Source of the DNA: a virus
Lineage: Duplodnaviria > Caudoviricetes
Reading direction: 5' to 3' (one strand)
DNA length: 33,352 bases
IMG/VR virus record: IMGVR_UViG_3300020043_003076
Location: 1-33,352 of that record
Part shown: in pieces, positions 17,459-25,706 of the stretch
How positions within the stretch are numbered: position 1 is the first letter of the stretch
Layout of the letters: each line of letters starts with the position of its first letter
Translations under genes and position numbers: made by a program
Notes under the pieces: model-generated
What the model saw: the letters and a program-made list of their open reading frames with translations, nothing else
Database searches by the model: none
What the model was told of the DNA's origin: nothing

Positions 17459-18231
17459 AGGTAAAATTGACGAGCAATTATGCTACGTCTGAAGTATTAG
17501 CGAGCGAGGTGATGCGCCAATTTGCTCCAAAAAATGAAGTAAAACCATTTCAGTTCACGAGTGGCAATGATTATGATTTGCTTTTCATATTTAATAATAC
17601 AACAGAAAAGATAAAAGACGCTGCAAAAACGTTTGCATTTGCTCAAGAACCAAGTTGGTCTGATAATTACAAAGACTGGAATGGTCAAGTAGCTGAGTTT
17701 ATTGCACCAGTCAATAATCAATTGCCAATGATGTTTAATTGGAGTGGCTTAGATTATGAAGAGGCAATCAATTTAAAGTCTGAAAAGACCAAAAAATGCA
17801 GTTTTATTGTGGCTAAACAAGAACCGAGAGAGGGGACGTTGTATGGATTCAGAAACGAACTGGTCGAAAAGATATTGGCCTCAGATATGGACATCGATAT
17901 TTACGGCAAAGGTTGGGACATTAAAGATGCCAGATACAAAGGTGAATTAAAAGACAAAAAAGACGGATTGATTGAATACCACACGTCAATTTGCATTGAA
18001 AATTCTGTTGAGGATTATTATGTAACTGAGAAATTCTGGGACATTGTGATTTGCAATGCTTTTCCAATACCTTATACCGCTATTGCTGAGAATACAATGC
18101 AACGTTTGGAGGCTATTATTTCGCTTGCATCGGTTGGCGATTCGCAAAAACTTGTAGAAGAGCAAAAAGAATATTATTTTAGCGACTTAAATATTTATAA
18201 TTACATTAAAAACAAATGCCTATCTGCATAA
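17452..18231 (+). CDS. GT10-like (alpha-1,3-fucosyltransferase family) glycosyltransferase
   Basis: IDIYGKGW...K...L..Y..SICIENSVEDYYVTEKFWD matches the GT10 ENS...Y.TEK signature. Confidence 0.8.
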   Translation: MLKVKLTSNYATSEVLASEVMRQFAPKNEVKPFQFTSGNDYDLLFIFNNTTEKIKDAAKTFAFAQEPSWSDNYKDWNGQVAEFIAPVNNQLPMMFNWSGLDYEEAINLKSEKTKKCSFIVAKQEPREGTLYGFRNELVEKILASDMDIDIYGKGWDIKDARYKGELKDKKDGLIEYHTSICIENSVEDYYVTEKFWDIVICNAFPIPYTAIAENTMQRLEAIISLASVGDSQKLVEEQKEYYFSDLNIYNYIKNKCLSA

Positions 18232-18869
18232 CTTTCGGGACTAAGAATTATCAGCAAGCTATCGATAAACTCCATAAATCAATGAGCAGGTTTATGTATA
18301 CAAAAACGTTTAGCGAAAAGAGTGTTGAAATGCTTTTTGATGCTTACCCCGAGCATCTTTATTCGTCTCGAGGTTATGGTTGGTGGCTTTGGAAACCATA
18401 TTTGATTGATTACATTTTAAGCATTATTGACGAGGGTGAATTTGTCATGTATCTGGACTCAACAATTGAATGTTTAAAAAATCCAAAGGACTTAATTAAA
18501 GAGGGAGAAAATATAAAGCTATTCCATAACGGACAAAAGCATATTGATTGGTGCAAATCTGAGACATATTATGAAATGGGCGTTGTTTGCATGCCAGACC
18601 AATTGCAAGCAAATGCAGCAATCCAGATTTACAGAAACACACCAGAGACCAGAGCGTTTGTTCAGGAATATTTGGCCTATTGCTCTAAATTAATGCTAAT
18701 CAATGATGAACACAATCCAGAATATCAGTTGAGCGGATTTAAAGGCCACAGACACGACCAATCTATTTTAACTAACTTAGCAGTCAAACACAATATTAAA
18801 TTGAATACATCGCCATGCCAATGGGGTATGGGCGCAAATGCTTACTTTAACCATCACCGAACAATATGA
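18216..18869 (+). CDS. Putative GT-A glycosyltransferase
   Basis: RGYGWWLWKPYLI, VMYLDS (DxD-like) and HRHDQSIL motifs. Confidence 0.72.
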   Translation: MPICITFGTKNYQQAIDKLHKSMSRFMYTKTFSEKSVEMLFDAYPEHLYSSRGYGWWLWKPYLIDYILSIIDEGEFVMYLDSTIECLKNPKDLIKEGENIKLFHNGQKHIDWCKSETYYEMGVVCMPDQLQANAAIQIYRNTPETRAFVQEYLAYCSKLMLINDEHNPEYQLSGFKGHRHDQSILTNLAVKHNIKLNTSPCQWGMGANAYFNHHRTI

Positions 18870-19039
18870 ACATATACAAAATACTTTTAGCACTATTGGT
18901 GCTTCTTTCTTATAATAGGATTTATAAAAAAGACTGGATTTTTTACAAAGAATATGGCGGCTCACGCATCTATTTTACAAAAACGATTATCACAATCCTT
19001 TTGGAGTTGGGTATTTTCTTTATAATTTACAAAGCATGA
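18866..19039 (+). CDS. Small membrane protein (57 aa, not in ORF track)
   Basis: MNIYKILLALLVLLSYNRIYKKDWIFYKEYGGSRIYFTKTIITILLELGIFFIIYKA; two hydrophobic segments; ATGA overlaps at both ends. Confidence 0.7.
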   Translation: MNIYKILLALLVLLSYNRIYKKDWIFYKEYGGSRIYFTKTIITILLELGIFFIIYKA

Positions 19040-19215
19040 CAATAAAAGGCGTATTAAGAAAAGACGATGACGGCCTTTATTTAGAGGTCATAAAAAAAAT
19101 GTATTTGAATAACTACATTATGAGCGTTGAGCAGGCAGAAAAATTAAACAAAATAATAGGTAAAAAAATCACTTTAGAATATGAAGACATTAGTCCAGTT
19201 GGCGCTGAAAAATAA
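19036..19215 (+). CDS. Small hypothetical protein (59 aa, not in ORF track)
   Basis: MTIKGVLRKDDDGLYLEVIKKMYLNNYIMSVEQAEKLNKIIGKKITLEYEDISPVGAEK; ATGA-coupled. Confidence 0.65.
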   Translation: MTIKGVLRKDDDGLYLEVIKKMYLNNYIMSVEQAEKLNKIIGKKITLEYEDISPVGAEK

Positions 19216-19708
19216 GGCTCAACAAAAACCATTAGAATTTGAAGAGTTATTGCATGCGCTTAACTTAATGAAGAGCAAAAAGATTGCAGTTGAAATTGGC
19301 AGTTATGACGGCGGGTGCTTACATGCTTACAAAGGTTTATTCGACAAAGTTATTTCAATCGATATTGAAAAGCGTTCAAATGTTGAGGGCGTGGATTATT
19401 TAATTGGCGACTCTAAAGAATTGAAATCCGAACTAATAAAAGCGCTTGGAAATAGCAATGCAAAGATTGATTTCCTTATGATTGACGGCGACCATACATA
19501 TGAGGGCGTAAAGGCAGATTTCGAAATTTATTCTAAGTTTGTGCGCAAAGGTGGGGTCATTGCTTTTCATGATATATTAGACACACCAATTCACAGAGAA
19601 TTATTCTGCCGAGTAGATAAGTTCTGGAATGAAGTTAAAGACGGCAAAGAGCATGACGAATTTATTGAGGGTTCTGACTGGGGCGGAATAGGAATTTTAT
19701 GGATATAA
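19181..19708 (+). CDS. Class I SAM-dependent methyltransferase (Methyltransf_24-like; sugar O-methyltransferase candidate)
   Basis: VEIGSYDGG motif I, ISID, IDGDHTYEGVKADF, GGVIAFHD. Confidence 0.9.
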   Translation: MKTLVQLALKNKAQQKPLEFEELLHALNLMKSKKIAVEIGSYDGGCLHAYKGLFDKVISIDIEKRSNVEGVDYLIGDSKELKSELIKALGNSNAKIDFLMIDGDHTYEGVKADFEIYSKFVRKGGVIAFHDILDTPIHRELFCRVDKFWNEVKDGKEHDEFIEGSDWGGIGILWI

Positions 19709-20310
19709 TTATAACGTGCAAAGATAGGTTGCTGCATTTAAAAAAATGCATTGCATCTATTAAAGATAAATCAAAGATATTCGTTGTTTGTTACGGCGAT
19801 GAAATGGCATTTAGATATTGCCAAAATAATGGAATCCGCTCGAGCCTGACGGCCGCAAAAGATTTTCATTTGTCAAAGGCCAGAAACTTGGGGGTTACTG
19901 AAACTACGGACGAATGGATATTCTTTTGCGATGCGGACACCATACTTGACCCAACATTTTTTGATAGTTTAGATTTAAAAGACGGCAATTATTACACTGG
20001 AGAGCCAAATTGCTCAGGGAATTGCATTGTTAAGCGTTCAGATTTTGTGGGTTATGACGAAAATATCAAAGGCTATGGAGGCGAGGACACTGATTTATAT
20101 ATTTCTTTGACCAGAAACGGAATAAAAAAGAACTATATTGGCCAGATGTTTTATATTCCACATTCAGATTTTGACCGCACTAAGAATTATGGCAACAATA
20201 AGAAATGGGAGCAGCAACGCAAAAACATTATTTATTTAATGAGCAAACACCCACACGAATACATATTCCCGCAATACGTTCCAAACGAAATGAAAACTCT
20301 TTTTGTATGA
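19699..20310 (+). CDS. GT2 / GT7-C-like glycosyltransferase
   Basis: IIITCKDR, KARNLG, FFCDAD (DxD), GYDENIKGYGGEDTD. Confidence 0.88.
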   Translation: MDIIITCKDRLLHLKKCIASIKDKSKIFVVCYGDEMAFRYCQNNGIRSSLTAAKDFHLSKARNLGVTETTDEWIFFCDADTILDPTFFDSLDLKDGNYYTGEPNCSGNCIVKRSDFVGYDENIKGYGGEDTDLYISLTRNGIKKNYIGQMFYIPHSDFDRTKNYGNNKKWEQQRKNIIYLMSKHPHEYIFPQYVPNEMKTLFV

Positions 20311-20582
20311 TATACAATTCTATTATTATTAGTTTGCTATGTTTTGGCTTTTATAGAGCGACCAGACATGGGAATATTTTATATTTTATCCAAAGATTTG
20401 CAGATAAATTGCCAAAGATTATTGGAAAGCCGATTTGTTTGTGTTTAACTTGCATGGCCTCACTGCATACGTTAGTTTGGCATTCAATTTTATTTGGCAT
20501 AAGCACTGAAATTGTACCAACAATATTAATTGTGGCATCATTTAATTATTTTATTGATTTAATTGTTTCGAATTATGAATAA
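20307..20582 (+). CDS. Small membrane protein with CxxC (DUF1360-like)
   Basis: Start ATG 20307 (ATGA overlap); hydrophobic helices and KPICLCLTCMASLH. Confidence 0.6.
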   Translation: MIYNSIIISLLCFGFYRATRHGNILYFIQRFADKLPKIIGKPICLCLTCMASLHTLVWHSILFGISTEIVPTILIVASFNYFIDLIVSNYE

Positions 20583-21300
20583 ACTGGCAGGCATCTGGAA
20601 TGTTTGGGACGGGGACGAGCATTTAAGAAAGTCAATTGAACAGATTAGGCCACATTTAGACGTGGTCATTGTGATTTATCAAAACGTAAGCAACTCTGGA
20701 GAGTTATATGAGCCAACTTTGCCACACGATTTGATTGATTTATCTGAGTTTTATATTCCTGCGGTTGGCCAGAGTGGCCAATGGAATGAAACCATGAAAA
20801 GAAATCGAGGTTTGGAACTGGCAAAGAGCGTTGGTTGCACTCATTTTATTCAAATGGACTGCGATGAGATGTATTTCACAGAAGATTTTGGCTTGGCAAA
20901 AGAGCAAGTTTATATCAAAAAATTAGATGCAAGCTATTGCAGGCTAAAAACCTATTATAAATATCCGACCAAACAACTCTTTCCAGACGAAGACTATTTT
21001 GTGCCGTTTATTCATAAGATACACAAAGAAACAATCATGTGCTTTGACAAAAAATATCCTGCGTTTGCAGACCCAACGAGGCGCACAAATACATATGCCA
21101 AGCACGAGCCGATTGAGTGGCTTAGAATGCACCATTATTCGTTTGTGCGCAAAGATATTCAGCGTAAACTCAGAAATTCATCATCATCACATGCTTTTGA
21201 AAACCAATATCACATCTGGGACAAATTTGAAGAGACTGGCAAAATGGTGCATTTCAAAAATTACAAAACAATTGACGTTGCAAACCATTTTGATTTGTAA
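20575..21300 (+). CDS. GT2-like glycosyltransferase
   Basis: KRNRGLELAK...THFIQMDCDE (DxD), TYYK, MHHYSFVR. Confidence 0.75.
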   Translation: MNKLAGIWNVWDGDEHLRKSIEQIRPHLDVVIVIYQNVSNSGELYEPTLPHDLIDLSEFYIPAVGQSGQWNETMKRNRGLELAKSVGCTHFIQMDCDEMYFTEDFGLAKEQVYIKKLDASYCRLKTYYKYPTKQLFPDEDYFVPFIHKIHKETIMCFDKKYPAFADPTRRTNTYAKHEPIEWLRMHHYSFVRKDIQRKLRNSSSSHAFENQYHIWDKFEETGKMVHFKNYKTIDVANHFDL

Positions 21301-21340
21301 AAATATTGCAAATAGATATTTAAAAATAAAAGTAAATTTG
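21295..21340 (+). promoter_or_regulatory. Putative late promoter for the portal operon
   Basis: TTGTAAAAATATTGCAA (21295-21311), 21 nt, TAAATTTG (21333-21340), 5 nt, ATG 21346; same geometry as 13806-13857. Confidence 0.68.
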
Positions 21341-21345
21341 TATCA

Positions 21346-22641
21346 ATGGAACTTACTCAAATTTCGGACAATTATTTCATGTTTACGGCTAAAGCGCCTG
21401 CGGATTTATCTGTTTTTAACCAGACAGACGACACCGCAAATAAAATTGTGCGCTATGGCAAAGACAATAATTTCCCTCAAGAATTAATTAAGGCGGTGCA
21501 ATCGTCTCCAATTGCAAACGCATGCGTGGAAACACATGCAAAATTTTTATATGGAGACGGATTATATTTTGAAACGCCAACTGGAGAGGAAACAGATTTC
21601 TCGAGAAAATTAAAAATGATGTTCAATGAGTCAGTGTTTCAACGCATTTGCTATGACATGGCATACTTTGAATCATTAGGATTGATTATGAAATGGGATT
21701 TGAATGGCTATTTAACAAACGTTAAATCGCAGGATTTCTCAACAATTCGTTTAGGGTTACCAAATAAAGAAACTTTCGAGATTGGTTATGCTATGCTTTC
21801 GAGCAACTGGCAACAATCGACAAAAGATAAAAGATACAAACCAGTTCCAATCGACTTGTTTAATGACATTGAGACAAAAGCTAAAATCAGCACGTTCAAT
21901 GCCAATGCAATGTTTTCGGATTTCCAAAAATGGAATGGAACTTTGAAATATATTCGCAGATACAAACCAGGCCAAGTGTATTATTCACAACCGAAATATG
22001 CGTCTGCATTAAAATGGATTTATGCCGATGGCCAGATTCAGAATTTTCATGCTAATAACGTGGACAATTCGTTTGCGCCTGCATTTATTGTTTACGTTCC
22101 ATACAAGTTAACTGGAGTTGACGAGAATGGCGTTGACATGAAAGACTCATTGAGAGACTATATTTCTGACAGATTAACTGGCGCAGATAATGGAGGCAAA
22201 TTTGCAATATTAGACGGCTCATCTAAAGAGGGGTCAATCCAAATTATTCCATTTACGCAGAGTACGTCTCACGAAATGTACATCACGCTTTCAAATTTAA
22301 TTAGAGACCATATTGCAACCGCATTTCAAGTTCCGTCAATTTTGGCAGGGATTCAAGTTTCTGGTAAATTAGGAACGGCAAAAGAGATTGCAGATTCGTC
22401 AATTTATTATCAAAATGCAGTCATTAAACATGACCAAAATTTATTGATGTACGAAATGAACGCACTGGCTAAATTAATGGACGGATATGATGGGACGATT
22501 ATAAAAGTTAGCAATTCAATTCCTTTGGCATTTGTTGCGGAATCATTTGCAAGCGCATTTACAGAAGACGAAATTAGAGAGGCTTTTGGATATAGTCCTA
22601 AAAAAGTAGAATTAATTACACCAATTAACCCAGTTCAATAA
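21346..22641 (+). CDS. Portal protein
   Basis: 431 aa; YGKDNNFP..L....SP, YYSQPKY, TGADNGGK and I..A..VP..L.GI motifs of Bacteroidota-phage portals. Confidence 0.88.
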   Translation: MELTQISDNYFMFTAKAPADLSVFNQTDDTANKIVRYGKDNNFPQELIKAVQSSPIANACVETHAKFLYGDGLYFETPTGEETDFSRKLKMMFNESVFQRICYDMAYFESLGLIMKWDLNGYLTNVKSQDFSTIRLGLPNKETFEIGYAMLSSNWQQSTKDKRYKPVPIDLFNDIETKAKISTFNANAMFSDFQKWNGTLKYIRRYKPGQVYYSQPKYASALKWIYADGQIQNFHANNVDNSFAPAFIVYVPYKLTGVDENGVDMKDSLRDYISDRLTGADNGGKFAILDGSSKEGSIQIIPFTQSTSHEMYITLSNLIRDHIATAFQVPSILAGIQVSGKLGTAKEIADSSIYYQNAVIKHDQNLLMYEMNALAKLMDGYDGTIIKVSNSIPLAFVAESFASAFTEDEIREAFGYSPKKVELITPINPVQ

Positions 22642-23141
22642 TGGCTTGTTGCAGTTGTCAATTCATAACACAAACAGATTTTTATGGCATTGTGCCGCTT
22701 TCCAGAAATGTTGAAAGTCAGGACATTGATATTGCCATTAAGAATACACAAATAACATACATTAATCAATTGCTTTGTCAGGATTTATTCGATGAGTTAT
22801 GTACACAAATTGAAAATGATTCTTTGACGCCTGCAAATGAGGAATTAATGTGCTATTTGAAAAAAGTTCACGTTTGCTATGCTTTCGGAGACTTTATGTT
22901 TTTTCACCCAGTGCAAGTTACTAAAGAAAGCGTTGTTAGAAAGGTAACGGACGAAAGCGAGTTTATTGATTTTGACACAAACGAAAAGCAAGCTAATTAT
23001 TGGAGACAGATAGGGAAAAACTACGCCAGAGAAATGTTCGAATGGCTGAAGTTAAATGAGAATTTGAATCCATTATATGACCAAGCATCGTGCAACAATT
23101 GCGATGAGACTAAAAATTTAGAAAACTGGGGTATTTGTTAA
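22641..23141 (+). CDS. Putative head-tail adaptor (Cys-rich)
   Basis: 166 aa directly after the portal; Q..YI..LL..DLF..L pattern; 10 Cys. Confidence 0.6.
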   Translation: MACCSCQFITQTDFYGIVPLSRNVESQDIDIAIKNTQITYINQLLCQDLFDELCTQIENDSLTPANEELMCYLKKVHVCYAFGDFMFFHPVQVTKESVVRKVTDESEFIDFDTNEKQANYWRQIGKNYAREMFEWLKLNENLNPLYDQASCNNCDETKNLENWGIC

Positions 23142-23172
23142 TGTTTGACGGCAACGATATAATCGACACAGA

Positions 23173-23463
23173 ATGGTAGTTATTGAGGCGAACATCGACA
23201 CGAAAGTTGTTTTGTTTCTCGAGGAAACTTATAGCTATTATTTATTTCAGTACACCAGAAATAATGGTTGTGATGAGTTTATTGACGTTATTACCGCAGT
23301 AGAATGCGATTTTTATACATTCATTGTGAATGTAGATTTACCAAGTGGGTTTTGGAATTTAAAAGTTTACGGACAAGACGATTATTCAAACTTAAATCCT
23401 GCAAATGCAACTCTTTTATTTGAGGATTCAGCGAGGATAATCAATTCAAATGATATTTGTTAA
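23173..23463 (+). CDS. Hypothetical virion-associated protein
   Basis: 96-aa acidic beta-rich ORF (G.W.LKVYGQ...NLNP..A) between adaptor and holin. Confidence 0.6.
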   Translation: MVVIEANIDTKVVLFLEETYSYYLFQYTRNNGCDEFIDVITAVECDFYTFIVNVDLPSGFWNLKVYGQDDYSNLNPANATLLFEDSARIINSNDIC

Positions 23464-23465
23464 AT

Positions 23466-23840
23466 ATGAAAAATTGGTTTGTTAAGACTTTCGATATTAT
23501 TATAATTTATATGGTTACCTATTTCAGTCCAACTTTCTCAGTATTGATGGGTATTAGCTTTCTGGTTCTAATTGATTTTATTACTGGCATGGTTGCCGCT
23601 CACAAAAGAGGCGAAGCGATTACAAGCCGTAAAATGAGGCCAACAATCACAAAAGGAATGGGTTACATGTTTGCAATACTTGCAGCACACATTTTCCAAA
23701 GACATTTTTTGCAGGAAATTGAGGTCATGAAAATTGTATCTGGTCTAATTGCGTTTATTGAGTTAAAATCATTAGACGAAAACCTAAAAGATATGACAGG
23801 CAAAAGCCTATTCAAACAATTTTTCAAAGAGGGCAAATAA
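23466..23840 (+). CDS. Holin (phage holin 4 / toxin-secretion family-like)
   Basis: TM helices; LIDFITG..AA.K.G..ITS.KM and IELKSLDEN motifs; directly upstream of the endolysin. Confidence 0.85.
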   Translation: MKNWFVKTFDIIIIYMVTYFSPTFSVLMGISFLVLIDFITGMVAAHKRGEAITSRKMRPTITKGMGYMFAILAAHIFQRHFLQEIEVMKIVSGLIAFIELKSLDENLKDMTGKSLFKQFFKEGK

Positions 23841-23841
23841 T

Positions 23842-24429
23842 ATGCTGAAAGGACACGTCCCAGATTCAGTATTAAAACAACTCGACTTTGTCAAAGAGCA
23901 TTTCAAAATAAACACTCCGCTCAGATTGGCTCATTTTTTATCGCAATGCGCTCACGAATCTGGGAATTTTAAACTAACAAAAGAGAATCTGAATTATTCG
24001 GCTGAGGGTTTAAATAAAACATTCAAAAAATACTTTCCAACTTTAGAGTCTGCCAAAGATTACGCCAGAAAGCCAGAGAAAATTGCGTCAAAAGTTTACG
24101 CCAATAGAATGGGAAATGGGGACGAAGCATCAAAAGACGGATTCAAATATTTAGGCAGAGGTTTTATTCAGTTAACTGGAAAGGCTAACTATTTAGAGTT
24201 TGATAAAAGCGTTCCAGAGGACATCATTTCAACTCCAGAACTGGTTGCAATAAAATATCCATTGGCATCGGCTGCATGGTTCTGGAATAAAAATGGATTG
24301 AATGCACTGGCAGACAAAGGGGCAAGCGATGCGGTTATAACATCAATAACAAAACGAATAAATGGAGGGACAATTGGTCTCGAAGACCGCATTGCTCATT
24401 TTCAAAAGTTCTATTCTGCGCTTAAATAA
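23842..24429 (+). CDS. Endolysin, glycoside hydrolase family 19
   Basis: RLAHFLSQCAHESG, ENLNYS, GRGFIQLTGKANY, SAAWFW, TKRINGG..GL..R. Confidence 0.95.
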   Translation: MLKGHVPDSVLKQLDFVKEHFKINTPLRLAHFLSQCAHESGNFKLTKENLNYSAEGLNKTFKKYFPTLESAKDYARKPEKIASKVYANRMGNGDEASKDGFKYLGRGFIQLTGKANYLEFDKSVPEDIISTPELVAIKYPLASAAWFWNKNGLNALADKGASDAVITSITKRINGGTIGLEDRIAHFQKFYSALK

Positions 24430-24430
24430 A

Positions 24431-24460
24431 TTTGTTATTATTAAAATAATAGCTAATTTG
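24431..24460 (+). promoter_or_regulatory. Possible Bacteroidota-type promoter for the phosphoesterase
   Basis: TTTG (24431-24434), 18 nt, CTAATTTG (imperfect TAnnTTTG). Confidence 0.4.
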
Positions 24461-24491
24461 CACGCAATTAGTAAATTATAAACCTAAAACA

Positions 24492-25706
24492 ATGAAATAC
24501 GAAAAATTTATTGTAGCAAATATTGATTTATTTGAGCAAATTGGCAGAAACAAAACGCATTTTGCGCAGTTATTAAAAGAAAATTATCCAGAGGAACTAT
24601 CTGGGAGTGGGATTGAGGGAATCAGAGCAGGGATAAAAGCATTTTTTAAAGACAATCCATTGCCAGAAATAAACAAACCAGTTGAAGCGCTAAAGGACAT
24701 TAGTATTGTTATTCAAGAAGACAGAAAAAATAAGGCTTTAATGGCTCAACTCAATGACGTTAAAAAGAAAAATGAATATTTGTTGAATAAATTAGAGGCA
24801 ACTGAACAGGCTTATGACGATTTGTTAGCTATCAAAGAAAAAAGCGACACGTTAGAAATCAAATTTGAAAAATCGAGCGGCTCAAAAAACATGGGAACGC
24901 CAATCATTTCATTGTCGGACTGGCACATTGAAGAGAATGTGAGACGTGGTCAAGTCAATGGATTTAATGAATACAATTTGAAGATTGCTGAGAAACGTTC
25001 AATGGCTATATTCCAGAACATGGTCAAGTTAATTGACAAAGAGAGCAAAGACGTTCACATTAAAGATGTTGTTATTTGGTTGGGTGGGGACTTTATATCT
25101 GGCTACATTCATGACGAATTAGTTGAGTCAAATAACCTTTCGCCATTGCAAGCAATCCGAAAAGCAAAGCAATTAATCATGAATGGATTTGAGTTTTTAT
25201 TAAAAAATACTAAGGTCAATTTTATTATACCATGCTCGGTTGGTAATCATGGCAGGAATACAAAGAAGATGCACATTTCGACCAGTTCTGCGACCAATTA
25301 TGAGTTTATGATGTATTCAGACTTAAAAGACTTATTCAGAAATGAGAAACGAATGACATTCCACATGCCAGAGTCAGACGATTGCTACGTCAAAGTTCTG
25401 GGAAAAACAATTAGGTTTTTTCATGGAGAGGCGGTCAAATATGGGGGCGGCATAGGGGGATTGACAATTCCTTTGATTAAGTATTTATTAAGAAAAGATG
25501 AACAAAGAAAAGCCGATTTTACTTGTTTAGGCCATTTTCACCAATTATTCTATCCGACAACCAGTTGCTGCGTCAATGGTTCATTGATTGGATTGTCCCC
25601 GTATGGACACAAGGCAGGATTCAAACCAGAAAAACCCGCACAAGCATTTACATTATTAGACGAAAAGAGAGGAATTTCAGTTAAAATTCCGATATTTGCT
25701 GAATGA
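24492..25706 (+). CDS. Calcineurin-like metallophosphoesterase with N-terminal coiled coil
   Basis: All five motifs present: SDWH, GGD, GNHG, FHG, GHFH. Confidence 0.88.
   Translation: MKYEKFIVANIDLFEQIGRNKTHFAQLLKENYPEELSGSGIEGIRAGIKAFFKDNPLPEINKPVEALKDISIVIQEDRKNKALMAQLNDVKKKNEYLLNKLEATEQAYDDLLAIKEKSDTLEIKFEKSSGSKNMGTPIISLSDWHIEENVRRGQVNGFNEYNLKIAEKRSMAIFQNMVKLIDKESKDVHIKDVVIWLGGDFISGYIHDELVESNNLSPLQAIRKAKQLIMNGFEFLLKNTKVNFIIPCSVGNHGRNTKKMHISTSSATNYEFMMYSDLKDLFRNEKRMTFHMPESDDCYVKVLGKTIRFFHGEAVKYGGGIGGLTIPLIKYLLRKDEQRKADFTCLGHFHQLFYPTTSCCVNGSLIGLSPYGHKAGFKPEKPAQAFTLLDEKRGISVKIPIFAE

Noticed and set aside
19181-19708. Methyltransferase as a DNA methylase
   Set aside because: It lacks DPPY/NPPY or PC motifs; the IDGDH...HD pattern fits small-molecule or sugar O-methyltransferases
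16781-21300. Cassette as a DNA hypermodification system
   Set aside because: No base-hydroxymethylase, TET/JBP-like or own polymerase gene recognised; it lies in the structural region and the genome appears to avoid restriction sites. Disfavoured, not excluded
20999-21487. 162-aa alternative-frame ORF spanning the GT2/portal boundary
   Set aside because: It overlaps two strong genes and a promoter, and has no motifs
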